Source of the DNA: Chloroflexota bacterium
GTDB taxonomy: Bacteria; Chloroflexota; Dehalococcoidia; Lucifugimonadales; JADFKI01
Length of the DNA stretch: 64,000 nt
NCBI GenBank assembly: GCA_009840355.1
Contig: VXNZ01000033.1
Location: 14,580-78,579, forward strand
Reading direction: 5' to 3'
The notes below the pieces were generated by a model. It made no database searches. It was given only the letters and a program-made list of their open reading frames with translations, and had not been told where the DNA came from. The position numbers were made by a program, and so were the translations under genes. This document shows, piece after piece, positions 28,113 through 36,227 of the stretch. Numbering within the stretch: the first letter of the stretch is position 1; each line of letters starts with the position of its first letter.

Positions 28113-29725
28113 TCCCCTCCCCCAACGCCCTCTACTTCGGCGACAACCTCGACATCCTGCGCCAGCACATCCCCGACGAGTCCGTTGACCTCATATACCT
28201 GGACCCGCCGTTTAACTCTAACGCCACCTACAATGTGCTCTTCCGCGAGCGCAGCGGCGAGGAGTCGGCGGCGCAAATCACCGCCTTCGACGACACATGG
28301 CGCTGGAACATCGAATCCGAGCTTGCATATCAGGACGTCGTAACCCAGCAGGGCGGAAAAGTCGGCGAACTGCTCGCAGCCATGCGCGCCTTCCTCGGAC
28401 AGAACGACATGATGGCGTACCTCACCATGATGGCGCAGCGCATGGTCGAACTCCACCGCGTCCTAAAACCCACCGGCAGCATCTACCTCCACTGCGACCC
28501 CACCGCAAGCCACTACCTCAAACTGCTGATGGACGCCGTGTTCGGCCCGGAGAACTTTCAGAGCGAAATCACTTGGCAGCGCACGAGTTCCCACAATGAC
28601 TCAAAGCGATTTGGGCAGGTGAAGGACGCGCTACTTTTCTATTCTAAGTCCAGTAGTCGAAAATGGAATCCCGTATTTGTGCCGCACGACGAAAAGTACG
28701 TGTCGAATTTCTATCGCTATGAAGATGACAAAGGCAAATACAGGCTTCAAGAGATTATACGAACCGCCTCAATGGGTCCTCGACCAAATCTCGCCTATGA
28801 GTACAAAGGTTACACCCCCGAATGGGGATGGCGGATGGAACGGGACAAGCTGGAGTCTCTTGACAATGATGGGCGTCTTGTCTGGTCAAGTACCGGGCGT
28901 CCGTACCGCAAAACGTACCTCTCTCAGGGCAGAGCACCTACAAATCTATGGACAGATATTAAGAACCTGTCAGCGCAAGCCCGTGAACGCCTCGGCTACC
29001 CCACGCAAAAGCCCGAGGCATTGCTCGAACGCATCATCAGCGCGTCCAGCAACGAAGGCGATGTCGTACTCGACCCGTTCTGCGGCTGCGGAACAGCAGT
29101 CGCCGCCGCAGAGCGTCTCAACCGCCGCTGGGTCGGCATAGACATAACCCACCTCGCCATCACCCTCATCCGCCACCGCCTGCACGATACATTCGGCGAA
29201 GACCTGCGCCCCTACGAAGTCGTCGGCGAGCCGAAAGACCTGCCCAGCGCCGAGTCCCTAGCCCTCCACGACCGCTACCAGTTCGAGTGGTGGGCGCTCG
29301 GCTTGGTCGATGCCCGCCCCGCCCGCGACCGCAAGAAGGGCGCAGACGCCGGCATAGACGGCTACATCAGCTTCTTCGACGACAACAGCGGCAAGCCCAA
29401 GCGCATAGTCGTACAGGTCAAGAGCGGCGGCGTGCAGCGCAGCCAGATCGCCACGCTCAAATCTGACATGGAGCGCGAAAAAGCCGACCTCGCCCTGTTC
29501 GTAACCCTCAAGCCGCCCACGCGCCCGATGCAGCAAGAAGCATTGGAAGCCGGCTTCTACGCCCCCGAAGCCTTCCCCGACCACCGCTTCCCCCGCGTGC
29601 AAGTCCTCACCATCGAAGACCTACTCTCCGGCACGCAGCCCCAATACCCCCGCTACGCCCCCGCCGCAACCTTCCCCCGCGCGCCGAGGCGACGGCGGCA
29701 AGGACGGCAAGGGAGACTGGGGTAG
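28109..29725 (+). CDS. Beta-class amino DNA methyltransferase (N6A or N4C) fused to a C-terminal Mrr-like PD-(D/E)xK nuclease-fold domain
   Basis: IYLDPPFNS (motif IV) near the N-terminus, VLDPFCGCGTAV (motif I) about aa 320. C-terminal GADAGIDGYISF...IVVQVKSGG. Confidence 0.85.
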   Translation: MIPSPNALYFGDNLDILRQHIPDESVDLIYLDPPFNSNATYNVLFRERSGEESAAQITAFDDTWRWNIESELAYQDVVTQQGGKVGELLAAMRAFLGQNDMMAYLTMMAQRMVELHRVLKPTGSIYLHCDPTASHYLKLLMDAVFGPENFQSEITWQRTSSHNDSKRFGQVKDALLFYSKSSSRKWNPVFVPHDEKYVSNFYRYEDDKGKYRLQEIIRTASMGPRPNLAYEYKGYTPEWGWRMERDKLESLDNDGRLVWSSTGRPYRKTYLSQGRAPTNLWTDIKNLSAQARERLGYPTQKPEALLERIISASSNEGDVVLDPFCGCGTAVAAAERLNRRWVGIDITHLAITLIRHRLHDTFGEDLRPYEVVGEPKDLPSAESLALHDRYQFEWWALGLVDARPARDRKKGADAGIDGYISFFDDNSGKPKRIVVQVKSGGVQRSQIATLKSDMEREKADLALFVTLKPPTRPMQQEALEAGFYAPEAFPDHRFPRVQVLTIEDLLSGTQPQYPRYAPAATFPRAPRRRRQGRQGRLG

Positions 29726-29806
29726 CGGATAGACTGACTGCGAACTCAGTATGCTAAAATCAGTCTGTCCCGATAATCACTCAGAACTAGCGCCGGAGAT
29801 AACGCA

Positions 29807-29989
29807 ATGAGTGTGTACAAAGCACAACTTGAACGGGAAGAAGACGGCAGGTGGAGCGCGTGGATAGACGAACTCCCCGGCTGCGCCGCTTGGGGATACA
29901 CGCAAAACGAAGCCCTAGACGCCCTCCAAGACGCCGCCGAAGCCTATATCGAGGATATGGTAGAAGCCGGCGAACTGCTCCCTGCGTAA
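29807..29989 (+). CDS. HicB-like antitoxin-fold protein (orphan, no adjacent HicA)
   Basis: MSVYKAQLEREEDGRWSAWIDELPGCAAWGYTQNEALDALQDAAEAYIEDM. GGAG 8 nt upstream. Confidence 0.7.
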   Translation: MSVYKAQLEREEDGRWSAWIDELPGCAAWGYTQNEALDALQDAAEAYIEDMVEAGELLPA

Positions 29990-30993
29990 CCATCCACCGC
30001 TGCCAAGTACCCGTCCCGTTCATCCTCCCCAACCCACGCGCTTCTGAACGCATTGCGCGCTAGTTGCGCGACTTGCCCCCGCGTCAGCCCCACCGCCTGC
30101 TGCGTATTCGCCAGCACCTCACTCATGTAGTAGCTCCGCATATACGCCGGATCGTCCGTGTTCGCCGTAACATTCAGCCCCAGCTCCAGCGCGCGCTTCA
30201 GCTCGGCGGCGCGTCTTGGCGTGGGATTGGTCGGCGTAGCCGTCGTGCAGAATGTCAGGCACACCTGCTGCCGCCTCGCCTCTGCAATCAGCCCCGCGTC
30301 GTCCAGCGCATGGTAGCCGTGGTCGATTCTATCCACGCCGATTACATCGAGACACTGCCGGATATGCTCCACCGAGTTCTCCTGCAGGTGGTCGCAGTGC
30401 ATCGTCAGCATGTAGCCTTCCGCCCGCGCCCGCTCGAATACCTCACGGAACTTCACCGGCGGGTTGTCTTTCTCGTCAGAATCCAGCCCTACGCCGATAA
30501 TCCAGTCCTTATACGGCAGCGAATCGGTGAGCGTCTCCATCGCCGACTCCACGCTCATATCCCGCAAGAAGCCCAGTATCAGCTGAGACCGAATGCCAAG
30601 AGTATCCTGCGCCGCTTCCTGCGCCCTCCGAATACCACTGATGACCGTATCGAACGCGATCCCCCTGCTCGTATGCGCCTGCGGATCAAAGTGCATTTCG
30701 GTATAGACCACATTCTGCGCACGAACCCGCCGCAGATAGGCATAAGTGAGGTCAAAGAAGTCCTGCTCGGTCAACAGCACATCCATGCCGCTGAAATACA
30801 GCGCAAGAAACGATTGCAAGTCCCGGTATTCGTAAGACGCCGCAAGTTCATCCGCAGTCCGATACGGCAGATCGACCCCGTTCCGCCCCGCCAGCCGCAC
30901 ACGCATCTCAGGCTCCAGTGTGCCTTCCAAATGCACATGCAGTTCAGCCTTCGGCAATCCCCGAATAAAAGCGTCTATGCCTATCGCAGACAT
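29944..30993 (-). CDS. add: Adenosine deaminase
   Basis: LPKAELHVHLEGTLEPE start motif; 349 aa. Confidence 0.9.
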   Translation of the reverse strand: MSAIGIDAFIRGLPKAELHVHLEGTLEPEMRVRLAGRNGVDLPYRTADELAASYEYRDLQSFLALYFSGMDVLLTEQDFFDLTYAYLRRVRAQNVVYTEMHFDPQAHTSRGIAFDTVISGIRRAQEAAQDTLGIRSQLILGFLRDMSVESAMETLTDSLPYKDWIIGVGLDSDEKDNPPVKFREVFERARAEGYMLTMHCDHLQENSVEHIRQCLDVIGVDRIDHGYHALDDAGLIAEARRQQVCLTFCTTATPTNPTPRRAAELKRALELGLNVTANTDDPAYMRSYYMSEVLANTQQAVGLTRGQVAQLARNAFRSAWVGEDERDGYLAAVDGYAGSSSPASTISSI

Positions 30994-31056
30994 GACATCC
31001 TCCCCAACCTGTCAGCCCGGACTGACCGACTGATAGACTGAAGTACTGACGAACTA

Positions 31057-31821
31057 CTACTGCGCCGTCAGCCCGCCATCCATCACTAACGGCGTTCCCG
31101 TAACAAATGACGCCTCATCCGACGCCAGGAACAGAGCGCCGTAGGCGATTTCGCGCGGATCGGCGACTCGCTTCATGAAGTTGGACGCGCCCGCCTCCGC
31201 CAAGAATTCTTCCGGGTCGGCGCCTACGAATTGACGGTGTCGCTCCGTAGCGGGCGTTAGGACTGAGCCGGGGCATACGGCATTCACACGGATGTTGTGC
31301 GGCGCGAGGTCCATCGCTAGGCAGCGCGTCAGCTGCATAACCGCGCCCTTGGATGCGTTGTACGGGATAAAGCCGGGCTGCGCGATGAATCCGCTCACCG
31401 ATGCCAGATTCACGATTGCGCCACCGCCGGCAGCTTGCATGTGAGGCAGCACATGCTTCACGCAATACGCCTGACCGACGACATTCACTCCGAACACGCG
31501 CGCCCAATCCGCGTCGCTGATGTCCTGCACTTCGCCGAACACGAAAGCCGCCGCGTCGTTGACCAGAATGTTCACCGCGCCGTATGCGTCGGCTGCGGCT
31601 TGCACCATCGCTTGCACATCCGCCTCCTTGGACACATCCGTCGCCACGAACTGCGCCTCGCCGCCGGCAGCCCTGACACTCGCCAAGGTCTGCTCGCCGC
31701 CATCAGTGTCGATGTCCGCGATGGTCAGCCGCGCGCCTTCCTCGGCGAACAGCTCGCATATCGCGCGCCCAATGCCGGACGCGCCGCCGGTAATTATCGC
31801 AGCCTTGCCCTCAAGCCTCAT
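31057..31821 (-). CDS. SDR-family oxidoreductase
   Basis: TGGASGIGRA cofactor motif, YNASK catalytic motif. Confidence 0.9.
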   Translation of the reverse strand: MRLEGKAAIITGGASGIGRAICELFAEEGARLTIADIDTDGGEQTLASVRAAGGEAQFVATDVSKEADVQAMVQAAADAYGAVNILVNDAAAFVFGEVQDISDADWARVFGVNVVGQAYCVKHVLPHMQAAGGGAIVNLASVSGFIAQPGFIPYNASKGAVMQLTRCLAMDLAPHNIRVNAVCPGSVLTPATERHRQFVGADPEEFLAEAGASNFMKRVADPREIAYGALFLASDEASFVTGTPLVMDGGLTAQ

Positions 31822-31900
31822 GGTAGTCTCCGGTTATCAGGTTTCAGTAGTCAGTGATTGGGAATCAGTCCACTCATACAGCCAGTGAACTGACAACTGA

Positions 31901-32224
31901 TTACTCTAAATGAAATACTTCCTCCAACTCCACCATCATCGCATCAGGATGCGCCCCATCCGGTATCTCAAAAAAGGGCGACATCATGTCCTGCCAGCGC
32001 GTGTTGACATTTTCTTTGGACATGCCTTCCAGCGCGGCGGCGAAGGTATCTTCGGTCTCAAAATATCCGAACATCAAGCCGTCTTCGCGCATGAAGAGCG
32101 AGTAGTTGTGCCAGCCATTGCGCGAGAGCGCGTCCAGCATCTCAGGCCAGACGGCGCGGTGGTGCGCCTTATATTCATCGATTCTGTCCTGCTTCACTTT
32201 CAGCAGAAAGCCTACGCGCTTCAT
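31901..32224 (-). CDS. L-rhamnose mutarotase family protein (second paralog)
   Basis: MKRVGFLLKVKQDRIDEYKAHHRAVWPEMLDALSRNGWHNYSLFMREDGLMFGYFE. Confidence 0.85.
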   Translation of the reverse strand: MKRVGFLLKVKQDRIDEYKAHHRAVWPEMLDALSRNGWHNYSLFMREDGLMFGYFETEDTFAAALEGMSKENVNTRWQDMMSPFFEIPDGAHPDAMMVELEEVFHLE

Positions 32225-32243
32225 TTAAGTGCCCTTCGGTGAA

Positions 32244-32576
32244 TTAACTAATGGGATGGTGCTCGGCTATCCAATCATGGACACGGCTTTCCGACAACTC
32301 CCAGCCGTCCCACGCCAGCCTCATAACAATGTCCTGCTTGAACCAGTGATGGTGGCGCTCGGCGTAGGCGTCGCTGCCGGTGGCGTCCGCGAGTATAGCA
32401 AGCGCGAGCTGCGCCGGACCTCCCATGCCGTATCCCCATTCTAGGTTGACGGAGTGCTCGCGCAGATCAAGGCGCGAGGGTAGCGGGTACTCTTCGTCAT
32501 CCTGCACAACCACCACCGACACGGCGGACTTGGCGCCCTGTCCGGTGCGCTCGCCTGTGTACACCTTGCCGCTCAA
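32244..32576 (-). CDS. Hypothetical protein (EWGYGMGGPAQLALAIL motif; possibly DUF6166-like, unverified)
   Basis: 110-aa ORF on the same strand as its neighbours and tightly packed with them. Confidence 0.5.
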   Translation of the reverse strand: MSGKVYTGERTGQGAKSAVSVVVVQDDEEYPLPSRLDLREHSVNLEWGYGMGGPAQLALAILADATGSDAYAERHHHWFKQDIVMRLAWDGWELSESRVHDWIAEHHPIS

Positions 32577-32700
32577 TGGTGCCTCCGCGTTCTGGGGTGA
32601 TGGTATTATCCGCGTATCAAATGGGCTGTTCGGCTTTCGATTGATAGGGATTGCTCCCGTCCTGGCACTTCTCCCACAGGGTGAATAAGGTGAAGGGAAA

Positions 32701-33615
32701 CTAGCGCCAGTGTTCGGGGAGGATGGCTTCTGCGTAGCCGAATTCTTGGGCTAACCATTCTTCTTGATGCACGCCGTCGCGGTAGCTGGAGCTTTGCGAT
32801 TCGTACACACTGACTTCGCCTTGTATTGAGTCCGATATGGCGGACAGACCATCGGCGTCGAGCGCGCTGCCCGGAGTGCCTGCCATCAGCAGCGTTCTTG
32901 AGGACACATCCGGCGCGAAGCCGCCCAGGTCGAAGTACGACAGCGTTTTGGATACGGCGTCCCGGCGCTGCGGATGCAGGTTCAGATAGTCGTTAATCTC
33001 TTCAAGCGGGTAGTCGCCCGTTTGCGCTGCCCTTGCGAGCGTATTCACGAACACGCCGGGCTGGCATATCACATGCGTCGCGCCGTTGTGCAGCGCGGCG
33101 GTTGCCAGCGCAATGTCGTTGCCGATTGCCACCACGCGCCCCGCGTCCACTTCCGGACGCGTTAGCAGATATTCCAGACCGCGCACGCTGTCCGCAGCGA
33201 CGCCGCGAAATATGTAGCCCTGCGCGTCATCGATGTCGTCCGTAAGCATGCCAGGGAATCCCGCGGAATACGGCTTGTCCGACAGCCGCTGCCCGCGCGA
33301 TCCGAGCGAGAAAACGACAAACCGGCTGCGAAGGCCGTTCGCCGAGCCTTGCGGTATCGGCTCTAGCACGCTCATGTATTTCGGCGCGTAATAGATGGCG
33401 GGATGCGGTCCCTCACCCGAAGGTATGCTCAAGTAGCCGAACAGGCGGTATGACCCGATGCCGGTGAGCCGGACGGTGTACATCGTGGCGAACTCCGTGC
33501 AGCGCATCGGCAGCAGTTCTACTTCAGGCGCAGCAGGATAGCCCGCCAATTCTTCTAGCGTCCGTTCCCAGTACTGTCCGAAATCGTTAGCGATATTCAT
33601 AATGGCTGTGTCCAT
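32701..33615 (-). CDS. AXE1/CE7-family (acetylxylan esterase-like) paralog lacking the GxSxG serine
   Basis: Aligns with the neighbouring paralog, but the nucleophile elbow reads VAIGNDIAL instead of VTGSSQGGGL. Confidence 0.75.
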   Translation of the reverse strand: MDTAIMNIANDFGQYWERTLEELAGYPAAPEVELLPMRCTEFATMYTVRLTGIGSYRLFGYLSIPSGEGPHPAIYYAPKYMSVLEPIPQGSANGLRSRFVVFSLGSRGQRLSDKPYSAGFPGMLTDDIDDAQGYIFRGVAADSVRGLEYLLTRPEVDAGRVVAIGNDIALATAALHNGATHVICQPGVFVNTLARAAQTGDYPLEEINDYLNLHPQRRDAVSKTLSYFDLGGFAPDVSSRTLLMAGTPGSALDADGLSAISDSIQGEVSVYESQSSSYRDGVHQEEWLAQEFGYAEAILPEHWR

Positions 33616-33703
33616 TCGTTTTGACTTATCTGGTGTTTCAATTCAAACATTAGTAGTTAGTTATCAGTTGTCAGTCTTCAAACTCGCACACGTCCTAGCC
33701 TTA

Positions 33704-34627
33704 TTACGGCTGCAGGTGCTTGGCGAAGAACTCGTTTGTTATTGCTGTGTGCTTGTAACGGCCTGCTTCATGGCCGTGCCCGTCGTAGGCGTACAGCTGC
33801 TTGTCGGAACTGGCTATGGCGTTGTGCAAGGCATAGCCGGTCTCAGGCGGGCATACATTGTCCTGCAAACCGATGTTCATGATAATCGGGCACTGTATCC
33901 TGTCGGCGAAGCTGATGCCGTCGAAGTAGGCGAGCGTACGCTCAACATCCTCACGGCTGTCGGGATGCGCTTTCAGATAGTCGTTGATTTCCTGATACGG
34001 ATACGAGCTAGTGAGCGCGATAGCGTCCATGTAGCCACACAGGTACGGCGCACCCGCCGATGCGGCTTTGATTTCAGGGCGCATCGCGGCGGTCGTGATG
34101 GTCAACCCGCCGCCCTGACTGCTGCCCGTAACGCCAATACGATCGGGATCAACTTCATCTCGCGTCAGCAGGTAGTCGATGGTGCGCCACGCATCCACAT
34201 AGAAGCCCCTGTACGAGTATGTGTTACGGTCAATGATGTTATGTGTCAGCAGGTTCGGGTAGCCGGGGTTGAACTGCGCATTGCTGCGGAGCTTGCCGCG
34301 CGGCGCCGCCGTAACCGCAGCGTATCCCTGACGCGCCCATTCCTTCGGTATCGCCGGGTCGCTCTGGTAGCCGGGCATCAACACAACGGCGGGCAGCGGC
34401 CTCTGCCTGTCTCTCGGCACGCAGTACCACGCGGCGACCCGCACGCCGTCGAGACTGTCGTAGGAAATCTCGAATGTCTCCAATTCGTCCGAGCTGCGCA
34501 AGGGAAGAGATACCGTCTCCGGGTTGAGCGGGATATTCGCCGCCTCGTCCAGCACATTGCCCCAGAATTCGTCGAAATCGTCAGGCTTGCTGACACTGCA
34601 CTTGTAATCCGAAATCATGTCGTCCAT
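33704..34627 (-). CDS. Acetylxylan esterase / cephalosporin-C deacetylase family (AXE1, CE7)
   Basis: 307 aa; RIGVTGSSQGGGL nucleophile elbow; C-terminal YDGHGHE. Confidence 0.85.
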   Translation of the reverse strand: MDDMISDYKCSVSKPDDFDEFWGNVLDEAANIPLNPETVSLPLRSSDELETFEISYDSLDGVRVAAWYCVPRDRQRPLPAVVLMPGYQSDPAIPKEWARQGYAAVTAAPRGKLRSNAQFNPGYPNLLTHNIIDRNTYSYRGFYVDAWRTIDYLLTRDEVDPDRIGVTGSSQGGGLTITTAAMRPEIKAASAGAPYLCGYMDAIALTSSYPYQEINDYLKAHPDSREDVERTLAYFDGISFADRIQCPIIMNIGLQDNVCPPETGYALHNAIASSDKQLYAYDGHGHEAGRYKHTAITNEFFAKHLQP

Positions 34628-34653
34628 CCTGAAAGTCTGCTTGTTGTGTTCGT

Positions 34654-34754
34654 GATTGGTTATGTGAGCTGGGATTGTGGCGCTTACAGTGAGTGGTGAT
34701 TGTGATGATTGTGGTGATTGACGATTACGGTAATTGTTAGGTTGATTGCGATTA
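34654..34754. repeat. Degenerate GATTG-containing 7-9-bp tandem array
   Basis: GTGATTGTG ATGATTGTG GTGATTGAC GATTACG GTAATTG .. GTTGATTGC GATTA, just upstream of the minus-strand AXE1 gene. Confidence 0.45.
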
Positions 34755-34860
34755 TTTGGCTAATACGCAATAAATTGCGACTCTCACCCTCATCCTAGCC
34801 TTACCCCCTTCAAGCGGAGGGGACATCGAACTTTCACAATCAGCATACGACCGGCAAAGG

Positions 34861-35685
34861 CTATTCGTCGATCATGTCGCGGATTTGGTCTATTAGGCGC
34901 ATTACGGTGGCACCGTCGGATACGCCCTCGCCGGACGCGACATACGCGCCCAAGTCTTCCAGGGCGTCCTCGTAATTGCCAAGGCGATAGTTTACCACGC
35001 CGCGATCGCGAAACTCAACGGCAGCTTCAGGTTGCAGCGCGATCACGCGGTCGATTGTCGCAAGCACGCGCTCGTAGTTGCGTCTCTGCAAGGACACGAC
35101 CTTCAGGTTGCGCAGCATACGCGCGATGAACTCGCGGCTGCTGACCGGTTCAAGGAATTCAGGACTCCACGCGAGCGAGCCTTGCGTAACTTGCTTCAGG
35201 CGCTCGGCGCATTCGTCTTCGGATAGCAGGATGCCCCCATGGAACGGATCGACGAACACATCGAACTCGTCGCGGTGGCGCACGATGAAATGCCCCGGCA
35301 TGCCAATGCCCAGCAGCGGCACGCCCAACCGCTTGCCAACTTCGAGGTACAGCAGCGACAGCGTGATGGGTATGCCAAGCCGCCGTTCTATAACATCGTT
35401 GAGGAAGCTGTTACGCGGGTCGTGGTAGTTCGTGTGGTTGCCGGCAAACTTCAGCTCATCGAACAGGTACTCGCTGAGCGTGTTGAGCTGGTAGAGCGGC
35501 GCGTCGTCATCCATGCGCCCGGCGACACCCTCAGCAATGCCGTCCAATTTGAACAACTCGCGGTCCAAGTTGAGGCGCGGATATTCGGTGGCGGCAATCA
35601 GCAGCGCGGCTCTCCCCAGATCGATCTCTTCGTCCGGCTCGCCAACTATGCGGTCAAACTGTGTCCAAACTTCGCGCTGCTCCAT
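34861..35685 (-). CDS. SirB1-like transglutaminase-fold/TPR protein
   Basis: MEQREVWTQFDRIVGEPDEEIDLGRAALLIA...RRLGIPITLSLLYLEVGKRLGVPLLGIGMPGHFIVRH. Confidence 0.75.
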   Translation of the reverse strand: MEQREVWTQFDRIVGEPDEEIDLGRAALLIAATEYPRLNLDRELFKLDGIAEGVAGRMDDDAPLYQLNTLSEYLFDELKFAGNHTNYHDPRNSFLNDVIERRLGIPITLSLLYLEVGKRLGVPLLGIGMPGHFIVRHRDEFDVFVDPFHGGILLSEDECAERLKQVTQGSLAWSPEFLEPVSSREFIARMLRNLKVVSLQRRNYERVLATIDRVIALQPEAAVEFRDRGVVNYRLGNYEDALEDLGAYVASGEGVSDGATVMRLIDQIRDMIDE

Positions 35686-35815
35686 GATGGATACAGAATA
35701 CGCATTATATCGGCAACTGGCAAGCGGCTGTCGATCTTGCACATCCTGTAAACGTAACAAAGCCCCGAACCGTTGCCAGTTCGGGGCTTTGTTATTATGG
35801 CAAAAGCGTATGAGC

Positions 35816-36106
35816 TTAGTCAGCGGCGGCAGATGCCCTTACGGAATCCACCCTATCCTTAACGATTGCCTTCAATTCCTTGACTCGGTTAAGGTGCGGG
35901 GTTTCGTTGCCCTCTTCGGCCTTGTCATAGATCTTGTCGCCATCGACATAGACCTGCAACACACCGGAGACACCCGGCCTTACCTCGATAGAAACTGCAT
36001 TACCACCGACATCCACAAACTCGTTGACCATCCAGGCCGCAACACTGTGGTACTGTCAAGGTACGCAGTAGATGATCTCAATGTCCAACAGACCTTCGCC
36101 AGCCAT
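35816..36106 (-). CDS. SelW/Rdx-family selenoprotein (96 aa, in-frame TGA at 36058..36056 read as Sec)
   Basis: AGGAGG-7nt-ATG(36106), then MAGEGLLDIEIIYCVP-U-QYHSVAAWMVNEFVDVGG..VYVDGDKIYDKAEEGNETPHLNRVKELKAIVKDRV. TGA is in frame with track ORF 35816..36031. CxxU sits at the family redox motif. Confidence 0.8.
36023..36043 (-). promoter_or_regulatory. Candidate bacterial SECIS hairpin for the SelW-like gene
   Basis: mRNA GUUGCGGCCUGGAUGGUCAAC starts 12 nt after UGA. GGCC/GGUC stem plus GUU/AAC stem, apical loop UGGAU. Confidence 0.45.
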
Positions 36107-36227
36107 AACTGATCCTCCTGCTAAGATTTAAGCCCATTAGAGAGTGTTTGCTAATCTCTGTACAGGCACTCGCTGATGTTGAATCAGCGTATCACGCCAA
36201 TTCTACACTGTCAACCGGCGTTTACGC

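Noticed and set aside
30064-31041. 325-aa plus-strand ORF
   Set aside because: Antisense to adenosine deaminase; Arg/Pro/His-rich.
33602-34699. 365-aa plus-strand ORF
   Set aside because: Antisense to the AXE1 esterase. Its C-terminus (VIVMIVVID..) is just the translated GATTG repeat array.
34654-34754. CRISPR array (also considered for 62698..62766 and 37372..37401)
   Set aside because: The repeat units are only 5-15 bp, there are no unique spacers of 25-40 bp, and no cas genes are present.
36056-36058. Reading the TGA in the SelW-like gene as a true stop (a 16-aa peptide plus a separate 71-aa gene, or a pseudogene)
   Set aside because: The stop falls precisely at the second redox position of a CxxC/CxxU family motif. 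The upstream piece has a perfect SD, and the downstream piece has none. A DsbA-like gene in the same window shows the same pattern, so Sec recoding is the more economical explanation.
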